This document shows positions 15,877 through 25,188 of a DNA stretch of 64,000 nucleotides, piece after piece (the first letter of the stretch is position 1; each line of letters opens with the position of its first letter). The position numbers were made by a program, and so were the translations under genes. The DNA lies in the NCBI GenBank assembly GCA_963699725.1, contig CAVOVA010000007.1, positions 29,108 to 93,107 on the forward strand, in the 5' to 3' direction. The notes under the pieces were generated by a model. It had not been told where the DNA came from. It was given only the letters and a program-made list of their open reading frames with translations, and did no database searches. This DNA is from an uncultured Thermoleophilia bacterium (GTDB taxonomy: Bacteria; Actinomycetota; Thermoleophilia; UBA2241).

Positions 15877-18255
15877 ATGAGCGTTGTGCCCCGCATCTCG
15901 TTCGGGATCATCGTGTTCAACGGCGAGCCGTTCACCCGCTACTGCCTGCGCGCCCTCTATCCGCACGCCCACGAGATCATCGTGGTGGAGGGAGGCCACG
16001 AGGGCACGGCAGCCGTGGCGACGCCCGACGGGCACTCCACCGACGGCACGCTTGCGGCCATTCACGCCTTCATCGCCGAAGAAGACCCCGACCACAAGGT
16101 CAAGCTCATCACCCGGGACGGGTTCTGGCCGATGACCGACGAACTCGGCCGGCGCCGCACCGCGCAGTCGCGCGCCTACGCCGAAGTGGCCACGGGCGAC
16201 TACCTCTGGCAGGTGGATATCGACGAGTTCTATCTCCCGGAGGACATGACCCGCATCCTGGAGCTCCTCGCGACGCATCCGGAGATCACCCAGGTGTCGT
16301 TCCCGTTCATCGACTTCTGGTCGCGGCCGCACTACAGCCTCGGGTCCTCCCGGCTCCTGCGCAGGAACCAGGTGCACCGGCTGTTCAAGTGGGGCGAAGG
16401 CTACACCTACGTGACACACCAGCCGCCGATCGTCCATGACGACGCGGGGCGAGATCTTCGGACGGTCAACTGGGTGCGGCCGGAGACGACGGAGCGCATG
16501 GGCATCTTCATGCGTCACTACTCGCACCTTCTGCCCTCCCAGATGGAGCAGAAGGCGCACATCTACCGATGCCAGGACCCGAGCGGCCTCGGCGAGTCGC
16601 TCACCTGGTACGCGGAGAGCTATCTGACCCTGCGCCGCCCGTACCACGTGGAGCGACACTACTACTGGCCCAGCTGGCTGGAGCGCTACGAGGGGCCTCA
16701 TCCGCCGCAGGTCCGCGCGATGATGGACGACATCGCCGCGGGACGACTCGACGTGCGGATGAGGAGGATCGACGACGCCGAGAGACTCCTCAAGAGCCGG
16801 TGGTACCCGCTGGGGGCCCAAGGCCTTCGTGCCGTCGAGCCGGTACGCCAACTGTGGAAGTTCGGCCGGCCGCCCGTGACGAACCTCCTTCGCGGGCGCC
16901 TCCCCAAGCGGTTGCGCGCAGCCCTTCGGGATCAGTCCGCCACGGCCACGGGCCGTGGCGGCGGAGCAGAAGCGGGCGGAGCGGCGTCGCCCACCGCACT
17001 CCCGACCCCGCCCAGGCGCGTCGTGTTCCTCGCCTCCGAACTGACGTTTCCACACGGCATGGCGGCCACCAATCGGATCGCGCTGCTGGCGCGCGCGCTG
17101 ATGGATCAGGGCATGACCCCCCAGGTGTGGTCCGTGCTGCCCGGCGAGCGAGGCGCTCGCACAAGCAACGTCGTCGCCGCCGGCACCTCGGCGGATGGCG
17201 TCCCCTTCGAGTACCTCGCGGGCTCTCCCGTCAAGGGGCTTACCTTCCTCCGCCGACGAAGCGAGCAGTTGCAGGGTTGGGCGTCGGTGCCGATGCGGCT
17301 GCGGCGTCTGGCTCGAGAGCGCGATTCAGTGGTCTATCTCTATGAGACCGTGCAGTACTGGACCTGGTCGAGGCTGGCACTGGTCGTCGCCGCCAGGGCG
17401 GCGCGCCTCCCCGTCGTGATGGAGCTCAACGAGCGGCCCTGGTCGCTGGCCGACGAGAGGAGGTTCCTCGAGCAGCTGGTCTCGCCGCTCTACGGCGTCC
17501 AGGGGGTCGTGTGCATCTCGGAACACCTCCTGCAGTGGGCGCAGGCCCAGACGGCAAAGACCGGCGCGCGCCGGCGACTGCTTCCCGTCCCGATCCTCGT
17601 CGACGTCGCCGAGCAGCGCGAGTCCGACTACCCTTCCGGCGACCCCACCCTCGTGTTCGCCGCCTCGGCCGACTACCGTCAGACCATCGAGTTCATCCTC
17701 GACGCGATGGCGCACGTTTGGTCGCGGCACCCCGCCTGCCGCCTGCAGATCACCGGCGTGAGGCCAGACAGCGGGCGCGGCCAGTGGCTCCTGGAGCGCC
17801 GGCGACAGGGTGCCCTTGACGCGCGGGTGGAGTTGCCCGGCCTGCTGCCACGCGCGGAGCTTCTTGAGCTCTACGGCCGGGCGCACGGCCTACTGATACC
17901 GCTGTTCGACGACGTCCGCTCCTCCGCTCGGTTTCCCACAAAGATCGGCGAGTACCTGGCCTCCGGGCGGCCGATCGTCACGACCGCCGTCGGTGAGATG
18001 CCGCGGTACTTCGAAGATGGGGTCACCGCCTTCATCTCCACCCCGGACGACCCCCGGAGCTATGGCGAGAAGATCGCCGACCTGCTGTCCGACCCCGCCC
18101 TCGCGGCGACCGTGGGACGCGCCGGGCGCGAGCTCTGCCGACGGACCTTCGACTACCGCATCCACGGGCCTGCTCTGGCAGAGCTGGCGACGGCACTCGC
18201 CGCGTCGCCGGCGGCATCCGGCGACCATGAGCCGCAGGGGGCCGTCCATGACTGA
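15877..18255 (+). CDS. Bifunctional glycosyltransferase (N-terminal GT2/GT-A domain fused to a C-terminal GT4/GT-B domain)
   Basis: The N-terminus PRISFGIIVFNGEPFTRYCLRALYPHAHEIIVVEGG is a GT2 signature. From about residue 375, RVVFLASELTFPHGMAATNRIALLARAL and the C-terminal FPTKIGEYLASGRPIVTT are GT4-like. Confidence 0.75.
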   Translation: MSVVPRISFGIIVFNGEPFTRYCLRALYPHAHEIIVVEGGHEGTAAVATPDGHSTDGTLAAIHAFIAEEDPDHKVKLITRDGFWPMTDELGRRRTAQSRAYAEVATGDYLWQVDIDEFYLPEDMTRILELLATHPEITQVSFPFIDFWSRPHYSLGSSRLLRRNQVHRLFKWGEGYTYVTHQPPIVHDDAGRDLRTVNWVRPETTERMGIFMRHYSHLLPSQMEQKAHIYRCQDPSGLGESLTWYAESYLTLRRPYHVERHYYWPSWLERYEGPHPPQVRAMMDDIAAGRLDVRMRRIDDAERLLKSRWYPLGAQGLRAVEPVRQLWKFGRPPVTNLLRGRLPKRLRAALRDQSATATGRGGGAEAGGAASPTALPTPPRRVVFLASELTFPHGMAATNRIALLARALMDQGMTPQVWSVLPGERGARTSNVVAAGTSADGVPFEYLAGSPVKGLTFLRRRSEQLQGWASVPMRLRRLARERDSVVYLYETVQYWTWSRLALVVAARAARLPVVMELNERPWSLADERRFLEQLVSPLYGVQGVVCISEHLLQWAQAQTAKTGARRRLLPVPILVDVAEQRESDYPSGDPTLVFAASADYRQTIEFILDAMAHVWSRHPACRLQITGVRPDSGRGQWLLERRRQGALDARVELPGLLPRAELLELYGRAHGLLIPLFDDVRSSARFPTKIGEYLASGRPIVTTAVGEMPRYFEDGVTAFISTPDDPRSYGEKIADLLSDPALAATVGRAGRELCRRTFDYRIHGPALAELATALAASPAASGDHEPQGAVHD

Positions 18256-19525
18256 AGAGGCACGCACGGAGGCCTCCCTGCGCCTGGAGCTGGATGGCGA
18301 GGGCCCGATCCCGGCCCTGACGGTACGCCATCCGGACCTGGAAGATGCCGAGTCGGCGGGCGCGCAGGTCAGCGTACTGATCGCCGGAGATGTCTGGTGC
18401 CCGGCTGATGCGAGCCTCTCCATCGAGCCCGAGGGCGTGCCGTGGGCGCCCTTCAACTCACGTGTGAGCGACCATGACGTCAGCGTGGTCAATCTCGAGG
18501 CCCCCATCTCCACGGCGGGCGCCGGTGACGCCAAGTCCGGCCCATCCCTGCGCTCTCACCGCGGCGCCGCTCAGGCGCTCAGGGCGGGTGGGTTCGCCGC
18601 GGTGAGCCTGGCCAACAACCACCTCCGCGATGCCGGCGATCGAGGCGTCCTCGACACCCTCGACGCCTGCTCGGCCGCCGGCCTCGAATGCATCGGAGCC
18701 GGGGCCGACCGGGGCGCGGCGCTGACGCCGCTCCTGATCGACGTCGGCGGGTTCACGGTCGGCATCCTCGCGGTGGCCGAGCACGAGTTCTCGATCGCAG
18801 GATCTCGGCGCCCGGGGGCCGCGCCTCTCGAGCCCTACTCCACCCCGGTGCGAGTCCGGGAGCTGTCTTCACAGGCCGACGCCGTCATCGTCATCGTCCA
18901 TGGGGGGAACGAACTCTACGCGCTCCCGAGCCCGCGCCTCAGATCCTTGGCGCATTCCCTGGTCGCCAGCGGCGCGGGCGCGGTCGTCTGCCACCACCAG
19001 CACGTGTACAGCGGAGTCGAGGTGGTCGGTGGCGCGGCGATCGTCTACGGCACCGGCAACTTCTACTTCCCGCCACGCTTCTCCCGCAATCCGGGGTGGC
19101 GCAAAGGATATATGGTGAGCCTCGTGGTGAGCAGGAGCGGTATCGGGAGCTTCCGCCTGCTGCCCTACAGGCAGTCCGACCCCACGCCCTCGGTACTGCC
19201 CCTGACGGAGCGCGAGGCGGCGGAGGTGGCGACGGACGTGCTCTCCCTCTCGCGGACGATCGCCGAGGAGGATGCCGTGCAGCGCGAGTGGTCCCGCTAC
19301 TGCGCGCGCCAGCGCACTCGCTACCTTTCCCGGATCCTGGGCCTGACGCGCCTGGAGCGGGCCGCCTTCGAGCGGGGGGTCTGGCCGTTCTGGCGGCTCC
19401 GGCGCGACGAACTGCCCACTCTCCTCAATCTCCTCACCTGTGAGGCCCACCGCGAGACGATGATCGACGTGCTCACGTCCGAGATCGCCGTCACCCGCAC
19501 CGATATCCCCCCGGAGGCGCCGTGA
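18248..19525 (+). CDS. CapA/PGA_cap-family metallophosphoesterase-like protein
   Basis: VLIAGDV...VVNLEAPI...GFAAVSLANNHLRDAG...ADAVIVIVHGGNE...VVCHHQHV...YGTGNFYF follows the CapA family motif order. ATG 18248 overlaps the upstream stop by 8 nt. Confidence 0.7.
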   Translation: MTEEARTEASLRLELDGEGPIPALTVRHPDLEDAESAGAQVSVLIAGDVWCPADASLSIEPEGVPWAPFNSRVSDHDVSVVNLEAPISTAGAGDAKSGPSLRSHRGAAQALRAGGFAAVSLANNHLRDAGDRGVLDTLDACSAAGLECIGAGADRGAALTPLLIDVGGFTVGILAVAEHEFSIAGSRRPGAAPLEPYSTPVRVRELSSQADAVIVIVHGGNELYALPSPRLRSLAHSLVASGAGAVVCHHQHVYSGVEVVGGAAIVYGTGNFYFPPRFSRNPGWRKGYMVSLVVSRSGIGSFRLLPYRQSDPTPSVLPLTEREAAEVATDVLSLSRTIAEEDAVQREWSRYCARQRTRYLSRILGLTRLERAAFERGVWPFWRLRRDELPTLLNLLTCEAHRETMIDVLTSEIAVTRTDIPPEAP

Positions 19526-20913
19526 TGATCCACCCCGTCCATTGGTACCGCCTGTGGCGGCTCGGAGCGACGGCGAAGCTGCGGCGGCTTCGCGACATCC
19601 AGTGGGCGCCCGCCGCGGAGGTCGAGAGGATGCAGCACCAGAGGCTCGGCGACCTGCTGCGCCACGCTCACGATCACGTGCCGTACTATCGTGAGGTCCT
19701 CGAGCGATGCGGCGTCGTCGATGCCACCGGGGGCGTCGACCTCACAGCCTTCGCCACCGTGCCGTTCCTCGACAAGGACATCATCCGGAGCAGAAGCGAG
19801 GACCTGCTCTCCGACGACCTCGAGCAGCGCCCGTGGTTCCGCAACTACTCGGGCGGCTCCACCGGCGAGCCGGTGGCCTTCGTGCAGGAACAACGGGAGG
19901 ACGACCACTGGTCGCGGGCCGTCACCCTCCTCTTCGACGAGTGGTCGGGCCGGGGACCGGGCGACAGATGCGCGCTGCTCTGGGGCTCGGAGCGCGATCT
20001 CTCCGGTGCGCCCAGCTGGCGTGTCCGCTATCGGCGTCGCACGCGGCGGATACTCGTCCTCAACGCGTTCGGCATGACGCCGGAGCACATGGACGAGTAC
20101 GTCAGGGATCTGAACCGGTACCGGCCGCGCCAGATCCTCGCCTACGCCGGGAGCCTCTACGAGCTGGCGCGGTTCATTCGGGACGGCGGCCTCAGCGTGT
20201 GGTCACCCGCCGGGATCATGACCTCCGCCGAGAGCATCTACCCCGAACAACGGGCGCTCATCGAGAGTGTGTTCCGCGCACCCGTCTTCGATCGCTACGG
20301 CTCGCGTGAGGCGGGCAACATGGCGTGTGAGTGCGACCACCACCGTGGCCTGCACGTCTCCACCCCCACGCACTTGATCGAGTTGCTGCGCCCTGATGGG
20401 ACGCTGGCTGGTCCGGGGGAGTCAGGAGAGATCGTCGTCACCTGCTTCGAGACGCTCGCCATGCCCCTCATTCGCTACCGGATCGGCGACCTTGCGACCT
20501 GGGCCGAGGGCCCGTGCGACTGCGGACGCGCCTGGCCGCTGCTCCAGCAGGTGAACGGGCGCGTGATGGACGCGTTCGAGATTCCCGGGAGCGGCACCAT
20601 CGACGGTTGCTACTTCACCATGGGCTTCTTCGGCCGCGACTGGGTGAAGAAGTTCCAGGTCGTCCAGGAGACAGCTGAGCTCCTGCGCGTCTTCATCGTG
20701 CTTCGCGACCCGGCCACTCCCAAGGAGCGCATCGAGCAAGACCTCGCGCACTACGACGAGCACGCGCGCATCGTCCTGGGCCCGGCCTGCCGAGTCGAGT
20801 ACGAGTTCGTGGACGCGATCACGCCCACGCCACAGGGCAAGCACCGGTACACCATCTCGAAGCTCTCCACGCAGGATGCCGGGCGCCGCCGTCAAACGGA
20901 ACATCGTCCCTGA
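19522..20913 (+). CDS. Adenylate-forming enzyme of the phenylacetate-CoA ligase / coenzyme F390 synthetase / CapK type
   Basis: The YSGGSTGEPVAF P-loop-like AMP-binding motif, a length near 460 aa and the general PaaK/CapK layout support the call. The start overlaps the CapA-like stop (GTGATGA). Confidence 0.7.
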   Translation: MMIHPVHWYRLWRLGATAKLRRLRDIQWAPAAEVERMQHQRLGDLLRHAHDHVPYYREVLERCGVVDATGGVDLTAFATVPFLDKDIIRSRSEDLLSDDLEQRPWFRNYSGGSTGEPVAFVQEQREDDHWSRAVTLLFDEWSGRGPGDRCALLWGSERDLSGAPSWRVRYRRRTRRILVLNAFGMTPEHMDEYVRDLNRYRPRQILAYAGSLYELARFIRDGGLSVWSPAGIMTSAESIYPEQRALIESVFRAPVFDRYGSREAGNMACECDHHRGLHVSTPTHLIELLRPDGTLAGPGESGEIVVTCFETLAMPLIRYRIGDLATWAEGPCDCGRAWPLLQQVNGRVMDAFEIPGSGTIDGCYFTMGFFGRDWVKKFQVVQETAELLRVFIVLRDPATPKERIEQDLAHYDEHARIVLGPACRVEYEFVDAITPTPQGKHRYTISKLSTQDAGRRRQTEHRP

Positions 20914-21028
20914 CAGCCTGGTCCCGACGGCCTGCGGAGCCGACACCGACGGTCTGGGGTCGTCGCACCCGTGTCCGGCGTGTCGGGCTTCGCCGTAGTC
21001 AGATCGGGCAACGCGGAGGGTCGAGCAC

Positions 21029-22999
21029 GTGATACAGAGGCGATTCACAGTGCTCCTCCTCACGGTCATCGCGACCTTCGCAGGAGGTGCGGCGCAGGCT
21101 CACGCCTGGAGCAACGGCCCAGAGGCCGGCAACGGCTTCGGCACCCACGATTGGGTGCTCACCGAGGCGCAACGCCTCGCGACGGCGCGCGGCGCCGACT
21201 GGCTCGATCTCACCGGGGCTCTTCCCTTGACGGACGACCCCGATACCCGATTCAAGGACTTCGCCCACCACCTGGTCGATATTCCCAACGGGATCGTCGG
21301 AACGGCTCCCGGACGCATCACGTACCTCTACCAGAGCGCGCTCGCCGCCCTCGCTGCCGGCGATGCTCGCGCCGCCGGCGTCGACGTGGCTCTGCTCTCC
21401 CACTACTACGCCGACATCTGCAACCCGCTGCACACCGGCCGCTCAGTCGCCGAGCGCCGCATGCACACGAGCTACGAACGCGCCGTAGGACGACTCACGG
21501 ACACCATCGGCGAGAACCGCTCCTGGGTGACGGCCGACGGTTTCGAGCGAGTCACCAACATCCGCGCTCGCGCGCTCGCCTCCGCGACCAGGACCAAGAG
21601 GTCCTACGCGACGTTGGTATCGGCCTACCGCAGCAGAGGTTTCAATGCCACGGTGCGCAAGATCACGCGCCTCTCCCTCAGGCGGGCGGCCAACGAGCTC
21701 GCCGATATCATCACGACGCTGGACACGGCGCGCCTGCAGGACGTTCGCAGCTTCGGCGCCGCCGGCGACGGCGTCGCCGACGACACGGCCGCTTTGCGCG
21801 CCGCGATGAGAGCAGCCGCCACCGCCGGCAGCGGGGTCTACGTCCCAGCCGGAGCCTACAAGGTGAGCACGATCTCCATCCCCAGCGGGATCGTGCTGCA
21901 GGGCGCCGGGCGGTCCGTCTCCTGGATCAAAGGGGGCGTGCTGTTCGGCAGCCGCGACCTGGTCAGGGGGCTGAAGCTGGGTGATGTCGGGCAGCGCACG
22001 CACAACGCCGCCTCCGCCAGAGAGACGACGTTCGAAGACTGCCGTTTCCGTGGCACCGTCCCGATCATGCTCGGCGACGACCACAGTTGCAGCTACATCA
22101 CGTTCCGCGACAGCGAGGTGGAGCGCTCCTTCGGAGGCTGGACCCCCGACGTCAGCCACAACAACATCATCATCGAGGAGTATTCGCCCGGTCCCTACGG
22201 GCACGTCGAGCACATCACCTTCGAGCGCTGCCAGGTGGGCGTGTCCAACGGCTCAGGCGGGCACGACACCGGGTCCCCCGGCGCCGGGCTCGTCGCCCAC
22301 TGCAATCGCAGGACCCCGATCCGGCAAGGCTACAAGGACATCCGGATCATCGACTGCGTGTTCGAGGCGACCGACGAGTTCACGCTCGACTTCGACGACA
22401 AGGTCAGGGCCGACGGCCGTCACTCCAGCAGCAAGGTGCTCATCGAAGGCTGCACCATCAAGGGCGGCGGCGTCCAGGGTCCGCGCAAGTTCGCGTACAC
22501 CATCTGCTTCGAAGCTCCCGAGGGCTGCGTCGTCCGCGACAACCTCATCTACCGCGGCTACATCAACACCTTCAAGATCTGCAAGAACGAGGACCCGGAC
22601 CCCGATCGGCGGCCGCTGATCGTCGAGGGCAACACCTTCGACCTCACGGTGGACAACGGCGTCGACACCCCCGAGGGCGTCAGCATGATCCGCCTCCACG
22701 GCGACAACAACATCTTCCGCGACAACACGATCATCACCGACCTGTCTGACGACACCGAGGCCGGGGACGCGCCCGGTTCCATCCTCAAGCTGTACTACTG
22801 CCGCAGGAGCAAGGTCACCAACAACAAGGTCTATGACCGCGCCACCACGCGGAATCCTCTCCTCCTCCACCTCTACTCCGCCAAACGCAACGCGATCAGA
22901 TCCAACTACTTCTGGAGCAGCCTGCCTACGGGTCTCAAGATCAGCAGACAAGCCGGCTCTGTGGCCAACCTCTTCACCGCCAACACCTACGATCACTGA
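21029..22999 (+). CDS. Secreted two-domain protein: zinc-dependent phospholipase C / P1-nuclease-like domain fused to a pectate-lyase-fold beta-helix
   Basis: The signal peptide ends AQAHA|W. The mature N-terminus W1..H14.W16 (WSNGPEAGNGFGTHDWV) matches the Bacillus PLC spacing, and HYYADICNPLH (H-x3-D-x5-H) and HTSYE (H-x3-E) are also present. From about residue 240, VRSFGAAGDGVADDTAAL..A...GSGVYVPAGAYKV is the classic beta-helix cap motif. Confidence 0.65.
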   Translation: MIQRRFTVLLLTVIATFAGGAAQAHAWSNGPEAGNGFGTHDWVLTEAQRLATARGADWLDLTGALPLTDDPDTRFKDFAHHLVDIPNGIVGTAPGRITYLYQSALAALAAGDARAAGVDVALLSHYYADICNPLHTGRSVAERRMHTSYERAVGRLTDTIGENRSWVTADGFERVTNIRARALASATRTKRSYATLVSAYRSRGFNATVRKITRLSLRRAANELADIITTLDTARLQDVRSFGAAGDGVADDTAALRAAMRAAATAGSGVYVPAGAYKVSTISIPSGIVLQGAGRSVSWIKGGVLFGSRDLVRGLKLGDVGQRTHNAASARETTFEDCRFRGTVPIMLGDDHSCSYITFRDSEVERSFGGWTPDVSHNNIIIEEYSPGPYGHVEHITFERCQVGVSNGSGGHDTGSPGAGLVAHCNRRTPIRQGYKDIRIIDCVFEATDEFTLDFDDKVRADGRHSSSKVLIEGCTIKGGGVQGPRKFAYTICFEAPEGCVVRDNLIYRGYINTFKICKNEDPDPDRRPLIVEGNTFDLTVDNGVDTPEGVSMIRLHGDNNIFRDNTIITDLSDDTEAGDAPGSILKLYYCRRSKVTNNKVYDRATTRNPLLLHLYSAKRNAIRSNYFWSSLPTGLKISRQAGSVANLFTANTYDH

Positions 23000-23007
23000 C
23001 CCGAGGC

Positions 23008-23024
23008 GGCCCCGGTCAGGGGCC
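23008..23024. terminator. GC hairpin between convergent genes (GGCCCC-GGTCA-GGGGCC)
   Basis: A perfect 6-bp inverted repeat sits in the 52-nt gap between the stop at 22999 (+) and the stop at 23052 (-). There is no clear U-tract. Confidence 0.35.
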
Positions 23025-23051
23025 TCCGCGCAGCGCCCCGTGAGCGGCGTG

Positions 23052-23666
23052 CTACGGGAGCGTCCGGATGACCCGGGCGGGATTGCCGGCGGCGACCGAG
23101 AGGGCCGGCATCGAACGCGTGACCACGCTGCCGGCTCCGATCACAGAGCCGTGGCCGATCGTGACTCCCTTGAGCACGATGGCGCCCAGCCCGATGAACA
23201 CGTCGTCCTCGATCCGGACGGGAGCCGTCGCCCCGACGTTGCCACGCCGAGCGGCTGGGTCGAGACCATGCCAATCGGCGTCGACGATCGTCACGTTGGA
23301 GCCGCACAGTACGTTGTCGCCGATCACGATCTCTTCGGCCGCACAGATCACCGTCCCGGTGAAGCCGGAGTTGGCGCCGATCTCGACGCGGGCGCCACTG
23401 CCGATGGCGCTGACCATGCAAGGCCTGTCCACGCCCACGGGGTTCGACCACGGCACGGACCGAAAGACGCAACCTTCGCCGATCACGATGCGGCTGCGCC
23501 CGACGCGATGGAAGCGCGCCACGCCGTAGAAGCGACAGCCGGACCCGACCGTGACGCCCTCCCAGGCGGCTTCGACCTTCACTGCCACGTGCGACAGAGA
23601 CGCCGCGAGACGCTGGGCGTCCTCCCGGAGAGCGGTACGCCGGCGAACGGCGAAGCGCCCCAGCAT
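23052..23666 (-). CDS. Left-handed beta-helix (hexapeptide-repeat) acyl/acetyltransferase
   Basis: Hexapeptide repeats run through VIGEGCV, VEIGANSGF, IVIGDNVLCGSNVTIVD, VRIEDDVFIGLGAIVLKGVTIGHGSVIGAGSVV. The start is uncertain (ATG 23666, or TTG 23699 overlapping the upstream gene). Confidence 0.75.
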   Translation of the reverse strand: MLGRFAVRRRTALREDAQRLAASLSHVAVKVEAAWEGVTVGSGCRFYGVARFHRVGRSRIVIGEGCVFRSVPWSNPVGVDRPCMVSAIGSGARVEIGANSGFTGTVICAAEEIVIGDNVLCGSNVTIVDADWHGLDPAARRGNVGATAPVRIEDDVFIGLGAIVLKGVTIGHGSVIGAGSVVTRSMPALSVAAGNPARVIRTLP

Positions 23667-23691
23667 CGCCCCCAGCTCCCCACGTGTGAGA

Positions 23692-25188
23692 CTAGCCAAT
23701 CCCCTCACCTCCCTGCTCGCGCCGAACCGCTCCGCCGGCGTCGGCGACCGACGCCGCAGGCAGGGCCGCGCGCCGCTCCGATTCGCCCGCCGCGCCCGGC
23801 GCCGGAGCGGTCTCCGCTGCCGGGACCGCATGCCCGGCCACCTGTGGCAGCAAGACACCCGCAGCAAGGAACGCGAGGAACCACAGGTTCATCGGATACC
23901 GTGTCTGGTCCATGAATCCCCAGCCGATGAACGAGCCGATGCCGGTAGCCACGAGGAACGTGAACCAGAGGAGGCCGTACTCCTCCGCCCACGGGTCCGG
24001 GCGGAGGAACAGCCAGAAGGCTCGCGCCGCGTACGCGACAAGCAGCGCCGCGAAGACGGCGGCGCCGGCAAGTCCCGTGCGGTAGACGATCGCGATCCAC
24101 GCCGAGTCCCAACTCCACTGCCTCATCATGTCGTACTGGGGGTCCTGCGCCGCGGTCACGAAGCCGCGACCGAGAAGGATGTCGTCATCGGCCACCAGCT
24201 CGACGGTGCTGGCAAGACGCGCGTTGCGGAGAGCGAGGCTGTCTGAGCTCCCGACCCCGCCGCCCTCCATCGCGTTCTGGATGCGACCCACGAAGTAGTT
24301 GCTCTCGGTCGGCAGGAGCGTCACCAAAGCCACGCCCACCGCCAGGACGACCGCACCGACGGCGATGGCGCGACGGAGCGCGAGCATCTCCTGACCGCCC
24401 TTGAGGAGACGCACGAGGATCGAGATGGCCGCCACCACGGCGGCCATGGCAAGCATCGTGCGTGTGTAGGAGATCCAGACGGCTACCAGATTGACGCCGA
24501 TGATCAGGTAGGTCCACACGGTCCAGCGACGCTTCGCGAACGCGAACGCGAGGCCGAAGATGAGAAGAGGCGACATGAACGCGAACGTGCGCGTGATCAC
24601 CTGGCCGCGGAACAGCGTCTGGAAGTACTCCTCGGCACTGTAGATCCGGATGTGCAGGCCCTGATGGACGACGAACAGCCCCGCGGCCACCGTGCTGACC
24701 ACGACGATGGCGTTGAGAAAGCGCATCACCTCGGTGCGCTCCGAGTGGTACACGATGCCGCGCACCAGCAAGTAGCCCAGCAGCATGAAGGCGAGGCCCG
24801 ACGCCTCGCCGATGGCGGAGCTCAGATCGGCGTGGCGGACGGCCGTCGCGAGAACGCTCAGGGCCACCACGCCGGCGAGCGCGATCAGCAGCAGTTCTTC
24901 CGGGAGCAGCCTGGGGCCGAAGGGAGGCGTGCGTACCTCCCCGGCCGCCCGTCGTGAGGGAAGCAGCCAGCCGGTGCAGACGGCCCACACGACGATGAGC
25001 CAGAGCATCGTGACCTCCACCGTGCTGAGCCGCCCCGGGATCCAGAATGGGCGCAGTTCCTCGAAGAACACCGATTGCCTGAAGAACTGGAGAAACGGGA
25101 TCCCGAGCAGGAAGATCCGGCTCCTCGCGGACTGCCAGACGAAGTAGGCCACGGCGGCGAGCGGCAACAGCAGCAGGAGCGTCCTCAC
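23692..25188 (-). CDS. O-antigen ligase / polymerase family (Wzy_C-like) polytopic membrane protein
   Basis: It has about 10-12 hydrophobic helices, a central loop region and a YTRTMLAMAAVV-type segment. Its position in the glycan operon fits. GTG 25188 is in a GTGA overlap with the upstream gene. Confidence 0.65.
   Translation of the reverse strand: MRTLLLLLPLAAVAYFVWQSARSRIFLLGIPFLQFFRQSVFFEELRPFWIPGRLSTVEVTMLWLIVVWAVCTGWLLPSRRAAGEVRTPPFGPRLLPEELLLIALAGVVALSVLATAVRHADLSSAIGEASGLAFMLLGYLLVRGIVYHSERTEVMRFLNAIVVVSTVAAGLFVVHQGLHIRIYSAEEYFQTLFRGQVITRTFAFMSPLLIFGLAFAFAKRRWTVWTYLIIGVNLVAVWISYTRTMLAMAAVVAAISILVRLLKGGQEMLALRRAIAVGAVVLAVGVALVTLLPTESNYFVGRIQNAMEGGGVGSSDSLALRNARLASTVELVADDDILLGRGFVTAAQDPQYDMMRQWSWDSAWIAIVYRTGLAGAAVFAALLVAYAARAFWLFLRPDPWAEEYGLLWFTFLVATGIGSFIGWGFMDQTRYPMNLWFLAFLAAGVLLPQVAGHAVPAAETAPAPGAAGESERRAALPAASVADAGGAVRREQGGEGIG

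Noticed and set aside
18248-19525. The CapA-like gene as evidence for poly-gamma-glutamate capsule synthesis.
   Set aside because: No PgsB/CapB (Mur-ligase-like) or PgsC/CapC partners are present in the window. The gene is embedded in a glycosyltransferase operon.
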